Shown: positions 56,854 through 64,000 of the stretch, one piece after another
How the letters are laid out: every line of letters begins with the position of its first letter
Position numbering within the stretch: position 1 is the first letter of the stretch
Origin: Trichoplax sp. H2
Taxonomy: Eukaryota
Assembly (NCBI GenBank): GCA_003344405.1
Contig: NOWV01000257.1
Span: 1 to 64,000, forward strand
Reading direction: 5' to 3'
Length of the DNA stretch: 64,000 nucleotides
Notes under the pieces: generated by a model
Seen by the model: the letters and a program-made list of their open reading frames with translations, nothing else
What the model was told of the DNA's origin: nothing
Databases searched by the model: none
Made by a program: the position numbers and the translations under genes

Positions 56854-57369
56854 ATGACATGGTCTTTTCGTCAAAATTGCCGTTCAAACTTAGCAATGGC
56901 TTTTATGACCATGTTCTTCCTTTCTATGGCCATTGTTAGGACGGTCGACGCAAATGGCAATGTCAAGGTATTTGACGGGGCTATAGGACGAGGTAATTAT
57001 ACTTACTATACTATCACAAAAGGTGGAACATATACACTAATCTTAGATTCCATATCCGGAGATGCTGATATATACGCTGATGAAGGGAACGAAAAGCCTG
57101 ACTTCGATCACTACTCTCATGTTTCCAATACGTGCGGACGAGATATAATCACCATCTCTTCAAGTGCCAAGCGACCTATTGGCGTTGCAATTTATGGTCA
57201 TGTGTCATATGAACAATCAGTTTACCAATTAACTGTAGTAATGGGAGAAAAAGATGACGCCATTAATGCCGCAGCTGAAAAGTATAACTCGAATAAACAT
57301 GGCTCTGCTTCAGATACCTTTCATCGTATTTTTGTAACGTTACTGAAAATATTATTTGAGCTACTGTAA
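56854..57369 (+). CDS. C6orf120: UPF0669 / C6orf120 homologue, secreted-type protein, single coding exon
   Basis: Signal-like N-terminus, then GAIGRGNYTYY..SISGDADIY..PDFDHY..SNTCGRD..KRPIGVAIYGHVSY and C-terminal LLKILFELL. These match C6orf120 motifs (GQIGAGNYSY, GDADLY, SATCGPD, RPVGIGVYGHPS). Confidence 0.9.
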   Translation: MTWSFRQNCRSNLAMAFMTMFFLSMAIVRTVDANGNVKVFDGAIGRGNYTYYTITKGGTYTLILDSISGDADIYADEGNEKPDFDHYSHVSNTCGRDIITISSSAKRPIGVAIYGHVSYEQSVYQLTVVMGEKDDAINAAAEKYNSNKHGSASDTFHRIFVTLLKILFELL

Positions 57370-58846
57370 CTTACACCGAAAAACAATAATTTTAATATAT
57401 ATAGATGTGTAGTTGTCAATTTCTGTGATGAAAAGATAGATGAAAGTCGGTTCTACATCAATAACTTTTTTTTTACCTCATGAAATACTCCATTCGCGTA
57501 TACAAAGTTGCTGTAACAGAAATTTATTAAGCCCATTATGCGCAAAACAACCCCGATTCAGATATTCATGTCTTGATAGTAATAACCTTGCGAGTAATCT
57601 TTCAAAAGTCTTATACATTATGTTATAGTATAAGCAGAATGGCTATATTGAGCCTACGCGACGTTATTACTTCTTCCAGTAGTTACTCTAAGTGGAGAAA
57701 TTTGACGAGACTGATGGGCATCATTCCTCCATTGTAATTATTGACTTAGTAGCCAAGACTGCTCCTAGAAAGAGAAGAGCTGGTCCTTTCTTTGAGAAAC
57801 TTTCAAATATTATTGCAGTATATAACCTTGTGAGTTATGTCGCAACCTACATGATATTAAGTGAATGCGTAGACAATTCTATCAAACAGTACGTCGTCGT
57901 TGTCTACAAGGAAAATTATTCTTAGCGTTAATCAACTTTAATTTAACCAAAGATGTAGCCATCACTATCCAAGTACTTAAAAAGTATGATGATAAATTGA
58001 TAGCTAACATATGTGTAATGAACATAATTATCAAATTAAAGTACGTATACGTTATTAATCTTGCATTAAATAGTACTAATGAACAAGGTAGCATAAGATT
58101 CAACTTATCAACCATAATGATAATTCAATCGTGCAAAAATGGCGTACTTGTAGTTATCTTGTAGTAACGTGTAAGTAATGGTAGTATTCGATACGTTTAA
58201 GTGCTACGCAAATTTGATCAATATTGTTCTATTACAGTTATCCTCTTGATATCTGACTAGACTGTGCTAGTTGCTTTACTATATTTCTAAGACTGTTACC
58301 TTTTCCACATACTAGTAAAGTAAGAATAAGCATTATTGTTTTAATTAAAGGTAGTATTGTCATGTTAAATCCTTGTAAGCCGCTTATGCATGTACTTGCA
58401 CCATTAAGGAGTCAAATATTTTTGATCTATTATCAATAAAAATATTGTTTATATTTTTATTTTCGCTTCGTCATTGAAATGGAAAATTTTTTTATCTTAA
58501 CATCATCGCTGAATACAATATAAATATCTCAATTGTAATTAATTGGTCGACAAATATTAAGGTGGGTACCAGATAATTCAAGTTGACATAAAATTTAGCA
58601 CAAAGATTTCATTATGCAACCTAGAAGTCCTTGCCAATATAGTACTTAGGCTAAGATTATATATGTATCAATAATAAAAATTTACATTGATAGTTGCTAA
58701 GGTAAAGAGTCTCTCAATGATTTATACAATATTATACATTATTCATGCGTCTTCATTATTCTCCAATAAAACTATAAATCAGCATTACAAGAGTCAAAGG
58801 TTCTATAGAAGATATAATTCTTCTTTTACCAATCTTCACGTATAGT

Positions 58847-61464
58847 CTAATCAATGATGCTGTCTAGCCAGGACTCTAGATCGTCCACGCTTTCTTTTTT
58901 CGAGACCTGATCCTGTTTAAAATAGCCAATGTAAGTGATTACACCGGAAATATAATTCCTATTCGTTTATTCACTCACATTATCGCTAGAAGCTACGGTC
59001 GTAATTTCCTCAGGCTCTGAATTTGCAGATACGTTTGGGATATGTTCAACAGCTACAGGATTAGTAGGCACGTCATCGGATATTACTAAACATTAATCAA
59101 GAAATTATACAAGATTCAATCACATTCTTATGCTTGTAACATATTTTTAGATGCTAATCTATCTACGAAAGCAGTCTATGCAATTGTTAAACTATGAATT
59201 TATGACTGTTGCAACAACCATTTTCATTCACGGCTGGCTCTTGCAAATCGAGTTCATCCAATGCTAATAATTGATCTAATTCTTCATTTTCCTTCTGATT
59301 ATCCTCTATTGCATAACTGCGGCTGTCTATATTAGATAGCTTAATATGCAAACTTGATTCTTTTATCTTTTCACGGCGCTTTTTGCTGCCTAAAGAGCTA
59401 TTCTCATTTTCCTTTTTCAATTCTTCAGATTCAACATTTTCGACGGGCACTATATTTGATTGTGAAGTAGTTGTCGATTGATGCGTCTCTAATGTAATAT
59501 ATGGCTATTAGAGAGAAAAAGAGTGCAGATGCAACAACATCACTATTTTTATTTATTTATACGAAAATTTGATTCTATTATAGGGTACATTAAGAGTTGT
59601 ATACTTTTAAGGGTTAAAACAGCATAATACAGTATAACAGTATTATAAAAAATATTAACTCTAGCAAATTAATAAAAGAACAAATATTATGTTAAAGCTA
59701 CTAACCATGAAATCTGCATCATCTATTTTGAGTAAGGTGTGCAAAGGAATAGTTTCTAAAGACTTTGCTAACCCCGATAAATTGATTTTCATCACTGATG
59801 AAAACTATTAATCAAACAAGGCATAGGAAAATATCATGACTATACAGAATAATAATCAGCTTTTATATCTACGTTTAAGGTGTTGTTACTAACGAATAAA
59901 TAGCGTAAAATTTTGTACCCTTTCAATTCATGCGTTGGTAAAAATAATTAATTAGACAAATTTAACATCATCGCTTTTTAAAAGTTACTTTCTTAAATTG
60001 TATACTTTGCCAAAGATATCCTTGCAATTAGATTTCCAGTATTGCAAATACCTGATTATCTTTAATCTTATCCCATTCCTTTTCACATTCATCAAATCGA
60101 AGGTAAGAACTGCTATTAGCTGAATATAACATCGAGAGTGACTAAAAATTAGCTGTTTGCATATAGAACAATGTGAATATATTATCAATTCAATAGTGAT
60201 TATGTATCATAGACTACAGTATATACTCTATGAACAGTACCATGTTAAAGTAATTTTAAAATTTTTTTACCAGTAAATACTGCTGTTATGCATTCAAGTA
60301 TGATTATTAAGGTTAAGTCAAAATTTTTTACAGGTGCAATCCCTACTATAAAATTATACTGTACAAATAATACTCCCAAGTGCTATACAGTACTGTAGAA
60401 TAATACCATTCGTTTCAAAGTGCTTTAGTAGATGAACAGGCGTGTACTGAACTAGGAATTCTCCATTACAATATGGAAAATTAACTTTACTCAGCTACGA
60501 TCAATATTATACTGCTAACTTAAAGAAGAATTTGCATCCAAGTACCGCTAGTATAACCTTGGTATTCTTTATTCCCAATATGTCATCCGTATTATTTTAA
60601 AGTTACAGAAAGAAGATTAAGAAATGTAGTATCTTATTTACCCGTCGATCGCAGAACTACCTTAGCACAGCTAACAGTAATAAGTGTAGGTATTTTTAAC
60701 AATGGAATTGTATGTCATCATTGGCAGCTCTACACCTATTCTTACCCAATGTTAAAGATGACCGGATATTCTCATGCGTTATGATAGTACCATCATCCTC
60801 GTCTTGATAAAATTCCTCTAAAATGAATACGAGTAGGTGATTAATATACGAATCGTATCGATCCATATGATAACAAGTACAGTCTATTGGTAGAGGAATT
60901 TGTAAAATGCTGGATAGTCAGTTAAATTATTAGTCTAAATCAATACATCAGCAGGATATAGCACTAGCATGGAGCAATTGAGATGTTTGCAAGGTAGGAC
61001 GTTGTACAATACCTGATGGTTCACTATATCGATGGTGATTATCGGTAATTGCTCTTTTATATTTATCGTTGCTTCTCGGTGGAAAATTTCCTGCCTACGA
61101 CACAATTAAGATCATACTTATTTTCAACTTTATACAGCAAAGTGCCTTGAAATTTATTTGTTATCCATAAGTCGATCAGTGATTTCAATGGCATTGGTAG
61201 ATTGTCAGTATACTTTGGGCTTCAGTATTGTTATTGTCACAGAGCTCATATCTCCATCCTTATGCAAATTGATAAACTACTTTCAGAATCAGCGGTCGAT
61301 GCAAGCGAATAATCAATCTACAGTGTTCAAATTAAAAATATGCAGAAAGACGTACATAGTACTTGAATAAACATAACCTGATTATTTCGATTTTTTTCAC
61401 TTTTTATAGCAGAAGTGTTACGTTTATTCTTGACTTTGCTTTTACTGCTTTTATTGAAGGACAT
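58847..61464 (-). CDS. AVEN: Cell death regulator Aven-like protein, about 8 exons
   Basis: Exons approx. 61464-61422, 61090-61012, 60817-60746, 60451-60407, 59794-59706, 59504-59219, 59085-58979, 58912-58847. Motifs KRAITDNHHRY (cf. KRKIVSNWDRY), LAKSLETIPLHTLLKI (cf. ALQELPLCLRLNV), ELDQLLALD (cf. ELDLLLNLD) and C-terminal DLESWLDSIID* (cf. ELEDWLDSMIS). The 5' splicing is inferred. Confidence 0.75.
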
Positions 61465-61494
61465 GTTGACGACCGTTTTGAAGAGGTTCCACTA

Positions 61495-61845
61495 TGAGTC
61501 TGTTGTCTGTCTGCTGCACAGTGTACAGTATAATATGCTACAGTATTGTACTGTACACTGTACAGAATCGATGGGTCTGTCTGCTGTCTGTCTGCTGCAC
61601 AGTGTACAGTACAATAGGCTACAGTATTGTACTGTACTGTACAGTACACAATCGAGAGCCTGAAATTTGTAGTTGGCGTACTGTACTGTACAGTGTACAG
61701 TACAGTACAGCACAGGACTAAAGTCTACTTTACAGTGTACAGTACTGTACAGTTTTGAATACTGTACTGTACAGTACTGTACAGTATTCAAAATTCTTAG
61801 CATGGAGATACTGTGCACTGTAGGGTGTGCGGTACTGTACTGTAT
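61495..61845. repeat. TACTGTA/TACAGTA-rich low-complexity tract with an ~80-bp duplication and palindromes, just upstream of the AVEN-like ATG
   Basis: gtctgtctgctgcacagtgtacagta occurs twice; dense gtactgtac/gtacagtac words. Confidence 0.9.
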
Positions 61846-64000
61846 GCAAGGACAACCGAAAGAGGGGAGATTGCTGTATGGTACTGGTCACCAGCTAGCG
61901 GTTACAATGACTGGCTTGGGTCGAGAACAGTACTGGCCGTATACATGAATGACAGTGATATTGTCACTTTTGAAAAATGACATTCAGAAGCAACCTTTGC
62001 GCCCGGGGTGGCTGTGTACCGGGGGGGGTACCTCAGGCATGAGGTAGGGGTAAAACACCTTTCGCCATTTTCATGCTACCTACTTGACCCACTCGTACAG
62101 GGCTGCAAGTCGCAGTCTGTGTATGTGTATATGCTCCCAAAAGGGATCAGCGTCGGACAATAATTATTCAGTATACACCCTACAGCAAGGACAGTACGCC
62201 TCCAGTCAGAAGAGTGAGCCCAAGCAATTGCAAAAGTTTTGAAATCTCCTCGTCTATCCGCCCTGCAAATCATCATCAAGTTCAATCACTTCTAGTCTGC
62301 AATGGATACAAGACATGGTAGGTAACTAAAGCTAAAATAGATTGGATGGAAAGCAAATCACGATCTGCCATGACCAACCCACATTGCCACCCTGGTCGGT
62401 ACTTTATAGACTACAGTACTGGCGTAGACCTAGCCCAGGGGGACAATTTAACCATCTCACCCACCCCAATGCTACCCTCAGTCTACGGTGTAGTGGGTAC
62501 TCGATTCTACCCGCTTGAATGGGCTCTTGCTACCGTTATGTAGATAAACGATAAACGATGCTGTAAAGTAGCCGCTAACCTCGTCGATGATTACTATTTG
62601 CATCTATCCTTGCTAGCCTATCTTCCCTTAGGACAGACTTTTTATCCTCCTTTTTTACTCAGTAGTCCTACCATCGACAAGGAATGACAGAGATGCGACA
62701 TAGACGCGTATACGCCACCCTTACAAGCGTCCGTCGACATAGAAATGCAACACATACGTGCTGATGAATTAATTAATTAATGAATTATACCAAAAGAAAT
62801 ATTTTATTTTATAGGATAAGGACGATGGTAATAGGGAAATACTGCTGCTGTTATATACTTTTAGAATAGTTTCTTTCTACTTTGAGGGTAGTCGTGATAT
62901 TATTGTCGCTATGCAAAGGCAGAATGGCAACGTACGTCTCTCATAAATGATAATCGCTTGACGTAAAAGTAGACAGTTTACGGAGTAGACGCATAGTTGA
63001 CATAGCACAGCGTATCCGGAAAGTAAATCCTAATAGGATATACTGTACAACAGTTTTACATCCGTGATATCTGTTTTTTGTGTATCAAATCAGCGAAGAG
63101 AATACGGTGTATCACTGGACTATGCTACAAGCAAGCTGATATGGATGGATACAGAGTAGAATAGTAAAAGTAGCATGGGTAGTCAACGATGCTCGATTTT
63201 CTCCTTATCCATTTCCTACTTCTGTCATCATTGCTCGATCCAATAAACATTGTTCAACGTTAATAAAGAATCATCAACATCCATATTACTGATGAATTGA
63301 AATTAGAAATGAAATGATCGACCTTATAATTCAATAGCAATGATTGGATATTTTACATCAATCTGATCGGGATAATATAAATGTAATAGGTAGGTAAGCA
63401 TCTTCTCGCGTTACTCAATAGCCCTTGCAGTGCATTTAACTCGAATGATAACTTAAGATACAGCACTATCCTAAAGAATTAATCACTTTATAAGAAAATA
63501 GACTTCAACATAAAATTCACCAATCAACTATCTATTAGACCTAGTAGAGCTATTAGCTCGCTTCTGATCAATTTGACTGGATAATTGGATATTGAGGCTG
63601 ATTGCCGTTCAATATCTGTATATGTAAATCCCATTCTTCCAAGGTATAGATTATAGAATAGCTGCCTGTGCGACCGACGCCCAAAAGCCCTAATATTTCA
63701 ATTGATGATTATATTAATAAACTTACAATATTGTCACCTCCGTGAAATGAATTTATCGCCTTGTCTAGAAGGGAGCGCATTAGCAATGTTCGATCAATTT
63801 TCGTCAATATACAAGCGTCTAATATACCCATAACGAGAAAGACTAATATCGAAATCATTCTATAATTTAGTAATAACCTCATTTATCCAATGATAGAAAA
63901 ACAGCTGCATCAAATATTAGCTTAATAGCTTAATTACAGTTAATAGAAGAATACTCTTGTTAATACAAACAAGTAGAACATTTCAATATCTACCAAAATA

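Noticed and set aside
61404..61948. Overlapping YCTVQ-rich ORFs
   Set aside because: Artefacts of the TACTGTA low-complexity tract; only 61464-61422 is used as a putative AVEN exon.
62560..64000. Additional gene at the window end
   Set aside because: No convincing exon or ORF recognised; may be UTR or intron of a gene beyond the window.

Overview
AT-rich (visually about one-third GC) animal genomic DNA with many short GT-AG introns. The gene style is consistent with a compact early-branching metazoan such as a placozoan (inference only). Six protein-coding genes are supported. (1) A large + strand Notch-ligand-like type-I membrane protein with an MNNL/C2 domain, about 48 EGF repeats, a TM segment and a Tyr-motif tail, but no intact DSL domain (about 14.1-27.9 kb). 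(2) NUDT14 (-). (3) A UBR1/UBR2 N-recognin E3 ligase (-). (4) A C2H2 zinc-finger gene (+), head-to-head with UBR1/2. (5) A C6orf120/UPF0669 homologue (+). (6) An AVEN-like gene (-). The first 8.8 kb appears to hold two collinear haplotypes across an assembly gap that differ by a ~7.6 kb indel. There are several intronic or intergenic tandem repeats, and clusters of TACTGTA/TACAGTA/GTAC motifs sit upstream of most gene starts. The most unusual item is the DSL-less Delta/Jagged-like protein: it carries 11 copies of a ligand-EGF3-type repeat on symmetric single-EGF exons plus a Jagged-EGF10-like insertion repeat. Exon boundaries were read by eye and family assignments come from remembered motifs, not database searches.
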